64,000 nt of DNA from Acidobacteriota bacterium. Lineage in GTDB: Bacteria > Acidobacteriota > UBA6911 > RPQK01 > CBDAPI01. The notes below the pieces were generated by a model. That model had not been told where the DNA came from. It searched no databases and saw only the letters and a list, made by a program, of their open reading frames with translations. Location: NCBI GenBank assembly GCA_965205615.1, contig CBDBHK010000010.1, positions 16,088 to 80,087 on the forward strand, written 5' to 3'. Shown piece by piece: positions 40,326-49,888 of this stretch; the stretch's first letter is position 1; each line of letters begins with the position of its first letter. Both the position numbers and the translations under genes were made by a program.

Positions 40326-41489
40326 ATGAAAGTGAACAGAATTGTCGCCACGCTAGTGCTCGTGGCCCTGCTGCTGGCAAACACCGGGTGCCCCCGCAGG
40401 GAGCCGCCGGAAGTAACCTTCGAGGATATGTACATAAATTTTGTCTACGACCTGAAGGGGCTGTGTCTGTGGTGGTTTCGAGACAGGAGTACTCTGAATC
40501 CAAACATCATCTACATCACCATACCCCACTTGACGTCTTTCTTCTGGACGCCGGGGGTGATCGGGAACTTTGCCATCAACAATGACCAGGTCGGTCAAAA
40601 TGAGTTCATCTTCAACTTTGTGTCCAACGGCAGTTTCGGATTCATTGACTTCGGTTTCAGCGGCACCTTTACCAGCGGGGACATCCGTGTCAACTGGAAC
40701 CCGACGATGACGCGATTCGAAATCATCCACCCGTTCGGTGGATTCGGAATCGAGGCGGGCTACTACTACCTGACGTTTTTCCCCGGGTTGATACCCATCA
40801 GCGGCAATGACCCCTACTGGGACGTCACCATCGAGATGATCGGGGAGCCGAGCGAACTGGCGCCCGAGGGTCTGACGGTCCGCCGCAACGCCCTGATGTG
40901 CATGAACAGCTGCATCATGCCCCACATTGGCTTCGCGGCTCTCACCGGCCTGGTGCTGGGCACCGACTACGTCCTCTACAACGTCAACCCGGTGGAGAAC
41001 AGGGTCAGCGTCAGGTACTACAACCAGAACGGCAGCGACGCGCAGGTCACGGTCGGTAAGACCACATCGAACGTACATACTGTCACTGTCGGGCCCCGTA
41101 GCAGTATGCGTGTGCGCCCCAGCGTGAGCGACCCCGGGGTGAAGGTGGTCTGGGCTCTGGCCTGGGGTACCTGGCCGATTTCCTGTGCGCTCGATTTTTC
41201 GGCCCGGGACGGAATCGTCCATTCCGGGGCACAGGCTCCGGCCACGGCCGCGGCCACCGATCTACTGGGAGAGGCGGGGATCGCCGCTTCCGGCGTCGAT
41301 AAAGTGCACGTGTTGAACATCATCAAGACGAGTCATCAGAGTCCGGCGCTGGGCATGAACACGGCTCTGGCTATCGCCAATCCCACCAGCGCCCCGGCCA
41401 CGATTCAGGCGACACTGCTCGACAGCAACGACCAGCAGGTCCAGGCGGCGACCCTGCCTGTGCTGGCGGGCAAGAATCAGGTAGCCTAG
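40326..41489 (+). CDS. hypothetical lipoprotein (lower-GC, probably acquired)
   Basis: MKVNRIVATLVLVALLLANTGC lipobox. Asn/Phe/Ile-rich. GC visibly lower than surroundings. TAG stop lies inside the CTAG target duplication of IS-A copy 2. Confidence 0.55.
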   Translation: MKVNRIVATLVLVALLLANTGCPRREPPEVTFEDMYINFVYDLKGLCLWWFRDRSTLNPNIIYITIPHLTSFFWTPGVIGNFAINNDQVGQNEFIFNFVSNGSFGFIDFGFSGTFTSGDIRVNWNPTMTRFEIIHPFGGFGIEAGYYYLTFFPGLIPISGNDPYWDVTIEMIGEPSELAPEGLTVRRNALMCMNSCIMPHIGFAALTGLVLGTDYVLYNVNPVENRVSVRYYNQNGSDAQVTVGKTTSNVHTVTVGPRSSMRVRPSVSDPGVKVVWALAWGTWPISCALDFSARDGIVHSGAQAPATAAATDLLGEAGIAASGVDKVHVLNIIKTSHQSPALGMNTALAIANPTSAPATIQATLLDSNDQQVQAATLPVLAGKNQVA

Positions 41490-43142
41490 CCCGGATTATG
41501 CAAGAACCGTAGTTCGGTGTTGAAAAACGACTCGAGAAGTGGCCCAACTCGGAAGCGGGCAGGTGTGACAGGCGGATTTGCGAAGAATATGGGTTGGCGA
41601 GGCGTCTGAGTGGTTTGGGGAGTGAATTTCAGACAGATCTGGGCCTGGATGAGTGTCGGAAGCGGTTTTTCGGGGGAGCTGGGAAAAGCTAACTGGAGTT
41701 GAGGCGACTCAAGACGAGGTGGAAGAGGGGTTGTTCGGGAAAGGCTGAGGAAAGATGGACCCAGATGCGTCGAGTGGTTTGTCGGATCCGGGCCCCAATC
41801 TTGAGGACCCGACGACGTAAGGTTTCGATTTCGAGCTTGTGCCAGGGGGTTCCGTGAAGATAGTCGCGCAGGCGAACGAACATCTGGTAAGCCAGTGCAT
41901 GCAGGAGGAGTCGAAACTGATTGGCCAGGAATCGATGACAGCTGAGTCGGTCCATGCTCAGATGATTCTTGAAGGCCTTGATGAAGTTCTCGGTCTGCCC
42001 TCGGTTTGTGTAGTGGTCATAAAGTGATTGGGAGCAGAGATCGTCCCGGTTGGTAACTACAACGCGACGATTGATCCCACGCTGATCGACCTCCACTTTG
42101 ACAATGACGCGACGGGATCGATCCCAGCTGTGGGCTCGATAAAGAAACTCGTCAAACTGACGCTGTTTTTCCTCCAGCTCAAGGAACCTTTCCCGAGTCG
42201 AATCCAGCAGGGGCTCGACCACTCGCTGCAGGCGAGGGTTTCGGCTTAACCCGATGACATATTGGAGTTTATTCTCTTCACATTCACAGAACTCGTAGAG
42301 CCGAGGCGTGGCAAAGCCGCTGTCGGCCCGAATCTCAATCTCGACATCCGTCCCCACTGCTTGTCGGATGGCCTCCACGACTCGCTTCAGAATGGGCACG
42401 ATGTGAGAGGCAGCCCCCTTGTTGCCAGGTCTCAACACGGCACAGACCAGGTCTCCCGTGTCGGCATCGAAGATCAGCCAAGGATGCAAAATGTGGTTTC
42501 GGTAATACCCGTGGTAGAAGGAGAACTCCTGTTGGCCGTGAGTGTGGTCGTCGGTACTGTCCAGATCCAGGATGATCTTGCTGGGACGTCTCTTCTTCAG
42601 GGAGCGCACATAACGGCCTAGCAGCCACCGGCTCAGACGCATCAGATCCTTCTTGGTGACGGAGTTCTCCAGGCGGGAGAAAGTCGGCTGGGTGGCCAAA
42701 TCGGGATCGCTCTCTGGCAACTGATCACAGACTGTCTTGAGCATCGGATCCGAGCGCAGCGTATCGGCGTCGTTACAGTCTTCGTAGCCGGCCACGATCT
42801 GCAAGACTCGTTGTCGGATCAACTTCAACAGGTCATGACGAATGTAGCGTTGGTCTCGACTTTCCGAAATACAGGAACTGAAGCCCTCGCACAATCGATG
42901 TTGACGATCCAGCGATCCAAACAACAACCATCCTGCGTCGGAAGTGAGGCTCCCCCCATCAAAACGAGCCGTGATGTTTCTGTGGCTATGAAATGGCAGG
43001 GTATTCTGGCAGACTGTTTTTGACATTGCCGTAGCTCCTGTTTAGGGTCTTTGTTTCTCTAAACCCTTTTATATCAGAGAGCTACGGCCTTTTTTACTGG
43101 GCCCACATCTCACTTGAATTTAGATCTCTTGCATAATCCGGG
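41490..43142 (-). mobile_element. IS1380-family insertion sequence IS-A, copy 2 (flank ctag / ctaa)
   Basis: Same TIRs as copy 1. 1-bp indel and 3 aa differences in transposase. Right flank ctaa instead of ctag. Confidence 0.85.
41689..43026 (-). CDS. IS1380-family DDE transposase (IS-A copy 2)
   Basis: 445 aa, 99% identical to copy 1. Confidence 0.85.
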   Translation of the reverse strand: MSKTVCQNTLPFHSHRNITARFDGGSLTSDAGWLLFGSLDRQHRLCEGFSSCISESRDQRYIRHDLLKLIRQRVLQIVAGYEDCNDADTLRSDPMLKTVCDQLPESDPDLATQPTFSRLENSVTKKDLMRLSRWLLGRYVRSLKKRRPSKIILDLDSTDDHTHGQQEFSFYHGYYRNHILHPWLIFDADTGDLVCAVLRPGNKGAASHIVPILKRVVEAIRQAVGTDVEIEIRADSGFATPRLYEFCECEENKLQYVIGLSRNPRLQRVVEPLLDSTRERFLELEEKQRQFDEFLYRAHSWDRSRRVIVKVEVDQRGINRRVVVTNRDDLCSQSLYDHYTNRGQTENFIKAFKNHLSMDRLSCHRFLANQFRLLLHALAYQMFVRLRDYLHGTPWHKLEIETLRRRVLKIGARIRQTTRRIWVHLSSAFPEQPLFHLVLSRLNSS

Positions 43143-43184
43143 CTAATGTCGCCCCTCAAGGCCTCTTTCTGCCCTTCAGCACCA

Positions 43185-43376
43185 CAGAACGAAAAGGCGT
43201 GAGCCTGCCGCCACGCTTCACGAGCAATGAGGCCGACAGTAGCGCGCGTGACCAACAAGCGCGTCCCTGCCAGGCCAACACGCGCTGGGATCTACGCGCT
43301 TACTGCGTGCGCGCTACTGACTCTCCGGCGAGAGTGCACTACAGAAAAACGGTGAGCTGACCCTCTACCGTTCTGT
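43185..43376. repeat. family-2 MITE-like repeat (long form), containing inverted tagcgcgc/cgcgcttgtt modules
   Basis: acagaacgaaaaggcgtgagcctgccg ... cggtgagctgaccctctaccgttctgt. Internal gtagcgcgcgtgaccaacaagcgcg is the reverse complement of the 8060/29543 module. Confidence 0.55.
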
Positions 43377-45815
43377 GGCTTTACCGGAGCTCAAACCTCT
43401 GACCAGGGTGAACAGCGGAATAAGAAGAGGCAACAAGAGAGGCGACCAGCCAACTCGCTCTCTTTTCGGATAGAGCACCAGTCCGGGTTCGCCAACGTAG
43501 CTCATTCCCGCCCAGAAAAAGGGGTGGGACAGCTCCAGCCTGTCCCGGCCTTGCCTTCGAGCCTTTCTCTTGAAGTGGCGCCGCGCTTCGGTCAGCGCCA
43601 CATCCAGACTGGCTCCCGCTCTGACTCTGCGGTAGAAATCGAGATAGATTTCTGCAGACACGTCAGCCAGCTTCCAGCGATTGACAACCACCGAGGAAGT
43701 ATTCCTCTCCAACAGCAACCCCGCGATGCCCAGCCAGAAAGGAGTGCCCCAGTCGTAAGAGTTGCCGGCATCGCAGGTACTCAGAGTGAGCAGCGAACAC
43801 CGGAAGTCGGTCTTTAGAAAATGCCACAGGCCAAGGCCGGTGCGGCGCCCGCGGAGTTCGGCTTTGAACCACGATCCGGCATCCAGGGAGAGGTGGCCCG
43901 ACACATGAACCCACGACGACTCTCTTCCGGCCAATGCCGACAACTCGGGGGTTGTCGCTGCATTGCCGAAAAGAGCTCCGAACAGGAATCTCTCCCTGCG
44001 AACCATCGACGTCTGCCCCGGAAGACCCGGAAGGATCGCGAGAGGAGGTCCCTGGACCTGACGTCTGGGCACAGCTGTGGGCGGGAGGTAGCTGACAAAG
44101 AACTCGTCCAGCAAAGGGCTTCCCTCTTTATTGAGCAGCAGCTCGAAAGGAAGGAGTTGCAGGTCGCCATGGGGAATGACCAGCAGCCTGGGAGTCTTCA
44201 GGTAGGGTTCGAGGGGTCCTAACAGCTGGCGGGAGAGCCGCTCCAGTGCAGTTTGGTCCGGGGGTGCTGAAAGGGCCTCCCCCACTTTGTAGAGAGGTTC
44301 CACCACCGGGTGAAGCAGGGACGTTATGCTCTCGCTCAGGTTCAGGACCAGGTGTTCCACTTTTTCGTTGCGCCCCCACAGCCAGGCCAACACTCGCTTC
44401 CCGTCGGGCCAGAGTTCAATCGCCAGGGCGTCCTCGGGAAGGGACGGGGCCTCGCGATCGCCCGGGCGCAAACGCGGTGAGCCGCCCCAGGCCTCCTGTT
44501 GGCCGGCTGCCTCTACGAGAAGGCCGAGATCATCGGAGGCAACCGGGACTTTTTTCAGCCGGGCAAAGGCTTCCGTTCCCCTTTCGATGTGGCTTCGAAC
44601 CTCACGCTGAATCAGACCGTGAGCTTCTTCCCAGAGATCCTGCTCGATGAGGCTTTTGACCAACCCTCGCAGGGGCGGCGCCCGCATCCGGGAAAACGGG
44701 AAAATGAGGTCGCTTGTCGAGATCTCGGAATGCAGCAGGGCCCGACGGTACAGTTCCTCTGCTGTCTGGTGATTGCCCGTTTCAGCCAGCCAGTCTCCAA
44801 ACTCCAGCTCCACTCTGCGCTGCAGCAGTTGGGCCGGAAGGCTGCTGCTGAGTTCGAGGGCCTCGGCAAACATTCGCAAGGTGCCTGCCTCGTCGGGCAT
44901 CCCCCTGGCCAACTGGAGGCGGCGCTCGATTGCGGCCCGGTGCGAGGGAGGCGACGCCCGGCGCAGTGCTTCCCTGGTCTGGGGAGTCGGCGCCACTTCG
45001 TGCTCCAGCAGTAGAAACTCGAAGGGGTTGACGCGGCGTTGCGGGCGAGCGACCTCAAGCAGCCCGAGTGCCCGCCCTACGTCTCCGTCAAGGAACAGGA
45101 AGCGGCTGAAGTTGGCAGCCAGCTGGAACGAGACCTCCGGTAGTTCGGGATGTCGCTGCAGACGGTTGAAGGCGCGTTGATACGACTGCCGAGCCCTGGA
45201 CTGGAGACCGAGTTGGCTGAAAAGGAGCGCAAGATTGTGCTCAATAGCGATCTGGCCGTGAGGAAACCGAGTCCTTTCCCAGCAGCACTCTGCCTCACCA
45301 AAAGCTCGAATGCTCAGGTCGAGATCACCAGCCAGCCAGAAGTTACTGGCCAGGCTCTGTAGAATCAGTCCTCTCAAAAAGGGACGGGGTTTGCCCTCGG
45401 CCAGATCGAGAACCAGCCTCAAATAGTGGGTGCTGAGTACCGTCCTTTCCTCTTCAGCCAGTAGCTCGGCCAGAAAGTAATAGCAGAAGGCAGCCTCACT
45501 GGATCCTCCTCCGGCCGCCAGGATTCCCGCTGCACGGCCATAGGCCCGGACAGCCCGGTCACGTTCCCCTTGATCCCACCAGAGGAGCGCCTTCTCCTGC
45601 AGCGCCGTCGCTGCCTCGAGCTCCAGAGAGGGATTCTCAAACGTATCGAAGGAGTAATCCCCGCTTTCTACTCTCCACCTCCGGGCCAGGACCCCGGTGG
45701 GGTGACCTTGCCGAGCCAGTTCGAGAAAGCGGCCGTGCAACTCCAGCGGAGAGGTCAGTCCAGGGGCAGCAAGGAATACCGCCAGTAGCGCAAAAACGAC
45801 ACCCGCCGGATTCAA
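43365..45815 (-). CDS. secreted CHAT-domain protease-like protein with TPR repeats
   Basis: Signal peptide. Multiple TPR-like helices. C-terminal CHAT core (VIPHGDLQLLPFELL ... LSTCDAG). TTG start overlapping the anti-sigma stop (TTGA). Confidence 0.65.
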   Translation of the reverse strand: MNPAGVVFALLAVFLAAPGLTSPLELHGRFLELARQGHPTGVLARRWRVESGDYSFDTFENPSLELEAATALQEKALLWWDQGERDRAVRAYGRAAGILAAGGGSSEAAFCYYFLAELLAEEERTVLSTHYLRLVLDLAEGKPRPFLRGLILQSLASNFWLAGDLDLSIRAFGEAECCWERTRFPHGQIAIEHNLALLFSQLGLQSRARQSYQRAFNRLQRHPELPEVSFQLAANFSRFLFLDGDVGRALGLLEVARPQRRVNPFEFLLLEHEVAPTPQTREALRRASPPSHRAAIERRLQLARGMPDEAGTLRMFAEALELSSSLPAQLLQRRVELEFGDWLAETGNHQTAEELYRRALLHSEISTSDLIFPFSRMRAPPLRGLVKSLIEQDLWEEAHGLIQREVRSHIERGTEAFARLKKVPVASDDLGLLVEAAGQQEAWGGSPRLRPGDREAPSLPEDALAIELWPDGKRVLAWLWGRNEKVEHLVLNLSESITSLLHPVVEPLYKVGEALSAPPDQTALERLSRQLLGPLEPYLKTPRLLVIPHGDLQLLPFELLLNKEGSPLLDEFFVSYLPPTAVPRRQVQGPPLAILPGLPGQTSMVRRERFLFGALFGNAATTPELSALAGRESSWVHVSGHLSLDAGSWFKAELRGRRTGLGLWHFLKTDFRCSLLTLSTCDAGNSYDWGTPFWLGIAGLLLERNTSSVVVNRWKLADVSAEIYLDFYRRVRAGASLDVALTEARRHFKRKARRQGRDRLELSHPFFWAGMSYVGEPGLVLYPKRERVGWSPLLLPLLIPLFTLVRGLSSGKATER

Positions 45816-46474
45816 GGAGCGCCTCCCAGGCGGCGCACAAGCCGGGCGGCCCGCTCGGAGTGGCCTCCATTTTCGACTGCCAGCCGACTCAGAATGCTCA
45901 GTGCCGCCGCCGCTTCGCCCATTCGAAGCAAGGCGTTGGCCTCATACCAGCGGGCGGCTTCGCTCCAGGCGCCGTCCTCCGGGACCTGCTCCAGGACCTC
46001 CAGAGCCTCTGTCTCCCGACCAAGCATGTACAGGCTCACGCCACGGACCAGGAGGTCCATCTCATCGGCCGAATCCGAAAGAAGTGACTCGGCACCTGAA
46101 TAATCAGCTCTCAAATAGGCCTGGTAGGCATCCCGCGGCGGGCCGGACCCGGCTGCGGAGCGATTGCTGAGTAGAACCAGCGGATGGGGCTCACGGACGG
46201 CGAGATGACCGGAATGGGGCGCTTGAAGCTGGAACAGAATCGTCTCCAGGGTCAGCGGGCCCAGGAAAAAAGCCAGGGCGGCGGCCACAGCCAGCCACCG
46301 AATTCTGTGGCGGCGGGGCCGCCGAAGATGGTGAACTTCGTCCAGCATAACCACGATCCGGACCCGCTGCCGGCAGACCCGGCAACCGGACACATGGGTC
46401 GCCACGCGACCGGCTTCGGCCGTGTTCAACTCACCTCGCAGAAAACGCAGCAGAGGATATCGAGCACATTTCAT
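45812..46474 (-). CDS. anti-sigma factor (zf-HC2 putative zinc finger, one TM, periplasmic TPR)
   Basis: MKCARYPLLRFLRGEL...HVSGCRVCRQR zf-HC2 motif, then TM WLAVAAALAFFLG. 4-nt overlap with the sigma gene. Confidence 0.65.
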   Translation of the reverse strand: MKCARYPLLRFLRGELNTAEAGRVATHVSGCRVCRQRVRIVVMLDEVHHLRRPRRHRIRWLAVAAALAFFLGPLTLETILFQLQAPHSGHLAVREPHPLVLLSNRSAAGSGPPRDAYQAYLRADYSGAESLLSDSADEMDLLVRGVSLYMLGRETEALEVLEQVPEDGAWSEAARWYEANALLRMGEAAAALSILSRLAVENGGHSERAARLVRRLGGAP

Positions 46475-47079
46475 GGATCTTCGCTCCCTGCCCGGTTGTT
46501 CAGGAGTCCGCGGTCGCACAGATGCCTGCGTAGAACTTCGATTCCAGTCAACATCCGGCTGCGGACGGTGGAGTAAGGAATGCCCAGATCGGCGCAGGTC
46601 TGCTTGATGGGACGGCCGTTCCTCTCAAACATGATCCGGATGGCTTCGCGTTGCTCCCGGCTCAGACTTTTGAGGCCGGCCCTCAGCTCGCGGAGCTGGT
46701 CTTGGTGGCGCCGCTTCTCCTCGGCCCCCACCAGCAGTTGCAGCGGGTCCCGCGAATCGATCGCTCTCAGGCTCTCCCCGACACGCGGATCGTCGTAGGA
46801 AGGAAAGCGGCGGTTGCGGCGTCTGGTCCGTCGAAGTTGATCAATCGAGGCGTTATATACGGATCGGCGGACGAAGTGAAAAGCCTGAACTTCCGTCGCG
46901 AAGCTTCGATGGGCCCGGAAGATCCGCGCAAAGGCCTCTTGGAGAGCGTCCTCGACCAGTGACCTCTCCCGAAGAATGCTCCCGGCAATGGCCCGGAAGA
47001 CGCCCTGGTGGGCTCGCCAGATACGTTCCAGCAGCGTTTTGAACAGGCCTGGGATGGGAAAGGGAAGGGCGAGCCCAAT
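46471..47079 (-). CDS. ECF (sigma-70 family) RNA polymerase sigma factor; no canonical start codon in frame
   Basis: Manual translation of the open frame upstream of ORF 46471..46731 gives regions 2 and 4: LVEDALQEAFARIFRAHRSF...FHFVRRSVYNASIDQLRRTRRR...LSREQREAIRIMFERNGRPIKQTCADLGIPYSTVRSRM. The frame runs from TGA at 47092 with no ATG, GTG or TTG before region 2. The 5' end is approximate (candidate ATT at 47077-47079). Confidence 0.6.
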   Translation of the reverse strand: MGLALPFPIPGLFKTLLERIWRAHQGVFRAIAGSILRERSLVEDALQEAFARIFRAHRSFATEVQAFHFVRRSVYNASIDQLRRTRRRNRRFPSYDDPRVGESLRAIDSRDPLQLLVGAEEKRRHQDQLRELRAGLKSLSREQREAIRIMFERNGRPIKQTCADLGIPYSTVRSRMLTGIEVLRRHLCDRGLLNNRAGSEDP

Positions 47080-47191
47080 ATAACCGGTGCTTCACTCACC
47101 GTCAAGGCCTTGCAGTCCGTGGTGAAAATCGCACGGGCCGTTGCAGGGTTGAACCAGCCACAATATCTACTTAAGATATCTTGAAGTTTTT

Positions 47192-47698
47192 ATGCCCAGG
47201 CCGGTGACTGCACTCTATCCAGGTTCCTTCGACCCGCTCACGAACGGACACCTGGACATCATCCAGCGTGCTTCCAGAATCTTTGAGCGGGTGATCGTTT
47301 CGGTTCTGGTCAACGCTGAGAAAACACCCCTCTTCAGTCCCGAGGAGCGAATCGTACTCATACGGGAGGTCACGGCCTCGTGCCAGAATGTCGGAGTTGA
47401 GGCCTTCGACGGTCTGCTCGTCGACTTTGCGCTGGCCAGCAAGGCGCAGGTTGTGGTTCGTGGAATCCGGGCCGTCACGGACTACGACTACGAATTTCAA
47501 ATGGCCCTGATGAACCGCCGGCTGAAGGACGATCTGGAGACCGTTTTCATGGTGCCCGCCCTCGAGTATTCATACTTGAGCTCCAGCCTCGTCAAGGAAG
47601 TCTGCCTCCTGGGAGGTACGGTCACCGGGCTCGTTCCCGGACCGGTGGAAACGCGATTGCTGGCCAGGATCCAGGACCGGGATCAAGATGACGAGTGA
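47192..47698 (+). CDS. coaD: phosphopantetheine adenylyltransferase
   Basis: LYPGSFDPLTNGHLDII...TDYDYEFQMALMNR CoaD motifs. 168 aa. Confidence 0.85.
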   Translation: MPRPVTALYPGSFDPLTNGHLDIIQRASRIFERVIVSVLVNAEKTPLFSPEERIVLIREVTASCQNVGVEAFDGLLVDFALASKAQVVVRGIRAVTDYDYEFQMALMNRRLKDDLETVFMVPALEYSYLSSSLVKEVCLLGGTVTGLVPGPVETRLLARIQDRDQDDE

Positions 47699-48974
47699 CC
47701 GCAGCAGGATCGCCCTGGGAATCGCGCCCCTGGGGCTGTTGGTGGGTCTGGCGGTTCTCACATATATTCCCGATTCACCCACTCCAGCCCGCAGCCTGTC
47801 AACGCTCCGGCCCAGTCGCGCCAGCAGCCCTGAAGCGAAAGTTGCCCGTCCGGCGTCCAGGCTCGTGAAGGGGACACTTTCCCGGAACTCGACTGTGCAG
47901 GACCTTCTGCTCGGCCAGAGCTTCAGCCCGCAAGTCGTTCATGAACTGACCCGGGAGACCCGACACATTTACAATCTCGACCGTGTCCGCGCCGGAAACG
48001 GCTACACAATGAGAATCAGTGCCGCCGGACAGCTGGAGAGTTTGCGCTACGAGATCAGCGACGAGGAGTATCTGCTTGCCGAGTGGAATGGCTCGGAGTA
48101 CGCCGCCGCTCGTCACGCCTATGAATTCGACGTCAAAACCGAGCAACTTTCCGCTCGTCTCGACGAGTCCCTGTGGTCGACTCTGCTCGAGTTAGGCGAG
48201 AAAGATGAGCTGGTCATGGATCTCGCCTGGATTCTGCAATGGGATGTGGATTTCACGGCGATACAGCGAGGTGATCGCTTCAAGCTGGTGGTTGACAAGA
48301 AGTACCGGGAGGGAAAGCTCGTCAAGTACGGAGACATCCACGCCGTCCAGTTCACGACCGGAGGAAAGGACTTTTTTGCCTTCCGCTTCGTGCTGCCTGA
48401 GAGCGGTAAGGTCAAGTACTACGATGCGGCTGGAAAGTCCGTAAAGAAAGCCTTCTTGAAGGTCCCCTTTCGATTCAGTCCGCGCGTCAGCTCAGGCTTC
48501 AGCTACAGTCGATATCACCCCATTCTCAAACGAAGGCGCCCCCACCTCGGAATCGATTTCGCGGCTCCCCGGGGAACACCGGTGCTGGCCTCAGCCAATG
48601 GCACGGTCACCTTCGCCGGGAGGAAGGGCGGATTCGGTAATCTGGTCAAGCTTCGTCACCCGAACGGATTTCAGACCGCCTATGGTCATCTTTCGAGGAT
48701 CCTCGTGAAAGCGGGTCGGAAAGTGGCCCAGGGAGATGTGATCGGGCGAGTCGGGTCCACGGGACTGGCCACTGGACCTCACCTGGACTATCGTGTCCAG
48801 GACCCGCGAGGACGCTACCTGAACCCCCGCCGAAGGATCGCCTGGCCCTCGGACAAGCCCCTGGAAGATCGCTACCGAAGCGATTTTGCGGCGGTCCGTG
48901 AACACCTTTTGTTTCGGCTGGATGGCGGGTTCGCGAGTCCCGCGGCTCCGGAACTCTTGTCCACCGCGGAATAG
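47688..48974 (+). CDS. M23 family metallopeptidase (murein endopeptidase-like)
   Basis: HLGIDFAAPRGTPVLASANGTV...YGHL...GSTGLATGPHLDY M23 zinc motifs. N-terminal TM. Confidence 0.75.
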   Translation: MTSDRSRIALGIAPLGLLVGLAVLTYIPDSPTPARSLSTLRPSRASSPEAKVARPASRLVKGTLSRNSTVQDLLLGQSFSPQVVHELTRETRHIYNLDRVRAGNGYTMRISAAGQLESLRYEISDEEYLLAEWNGSEYAAARHAYEFDVKTEQLSARLDESLWSTLLELGEKDELVMDLAWILQWDVDFTAIQRGDRFKLVVDKKYREGKLVKYGDIHAVQFTTGGKDFFAFRFVLPESGKVKYYDAAGKSVKKAFLKVPFRFSPRVSSGFSYSRYHPILKRRRPHLGIDFAAPRGTPVLASANGTVTFAGRKGGFGNLVKLRHPNGFQTAYGHLSRILVKAGRKVAQGDVIGRVGSTGLATGPHLDYRVQDPRGRYLNPRRRIAWPSDKPLEDRYRSDFAAVREHLLFRLDGGFASPAAPELLSTAE

Positions 48975-49021
48975 GGGTCCCCAGACGGTCCGTGGCACCG
49001 GACTTGCCTGCTCAATAGCCG

Positions 49022-49888
49022 ATGAAGCGTGCGCTTCTGTTTTACAATCCCCAGGCCGGCCGGATCAGTCTTTCTCCCCGAAGACTGAGGAAGCTGATCG
49101 AATCGATTCATGCCCTCGGGCTCGAGGTGTCGGCGGTGCCCTCCCGGGCTGAACCGGGCGCTCTCTCGGGTGAGAACCTGGTGGACCAGGACGTCCTGAT
49201 CGTTCACGGAGGGGATGGAACAATACATGAGGCGTTGGAACCGGCACTCGACCACCAGATTCCGATCGCTCTCCTTCCCGCCGGAACGGCTAACGTCCTG
49301 GCCAGGGAACTTGGCATCCCCAGAGACCCGGCCCGGGCTCTGCGGCTGCTGCGCCAGGGTAAACGAACTCGTATCCGCCTGGGCAAAAGCGGGGGCAGGT
49401 ACTTTCACGTGATGGCCGGCGTCGGCCTTGACAGCCACATTATCGATCAGACTTCCGGCGGGTTGAAGCGCTGCTTCGGGATGGGGTCGTACTGGCTGGC
49501 CGGGTTGTCTGCGTTTCGAAGGATACCCCTGCGACCCTTTGAAGTCCTCCTCGACGACTGTCCTTACAAGGCCACATTTGCCGTGATCTCCAATGCCCGA
49601 CACTACGGAGGTCACCTGCTGGTGGCTCCGGCGGCCAATGTGTCGGAGGAATGCCTGGACGTGTGCCTGTTCACCTCCACAAACAGGAAACGTTATGTTG
49701 TGTATCTTCTGGGGTCCCTCATCGGAAAGCACATCGAACTGTCTGACGTTCACTACCGGAAGGCCAGACGCATCCGGGCGCTGGGCGAGTCCAACATTCC
49801 CGTGCAGATGGATGGGGAGGTTGTCGGCAACCTGCCTATGGACTTTGAAGTGGCCGGGCGCTCGATTGAGCTCTTCGTTCCCCGCTAG
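49022..49888 (+). CDS. diacylglycerol kinase catalytic domain lipid kinase (YegS/BmrU-like)
   Basis: VLIVHGGDGTIHEA, LPAGTANVLAREL DAGK_cat motifs. TAG stop lies in the CTAG duplication of IS-A copy 3. Confidence 0.75.
   Translation: MKRALLFYNPQAGRISLSPRRLRKLIESIHALGLEVSAVPSRAEPGALSGENLVDQDVLIVHGGDGTIHEALEPALDHQIPIALLPAGTANVLARELGIPRDPARALRLLRQGKRTRIRLGKSGGRYFHVMAGVGLDSHIIDQTSGGLKRCFGMGSYWLAGLSAFRRIPLRPFEVLLDDCPYKATFAVISNARHYGGHLLVAPAANVSEECLDVCLFTSTNRKRYVVYLLGSLIGKHIELSDVHYRKARRIRALGESNIPVQMDGEVVGNLPMDFEVAGRSIELFVPR

Noticed and set aside
46853-47095. ORF MKHRLYWARPS... as possible sigma-factor N-terminus via frameshift
   Set aside because: Translation is nonsense and low complexity. Different frame. 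Joining it to the sigma frame does not give a sigma-like N-terminus.
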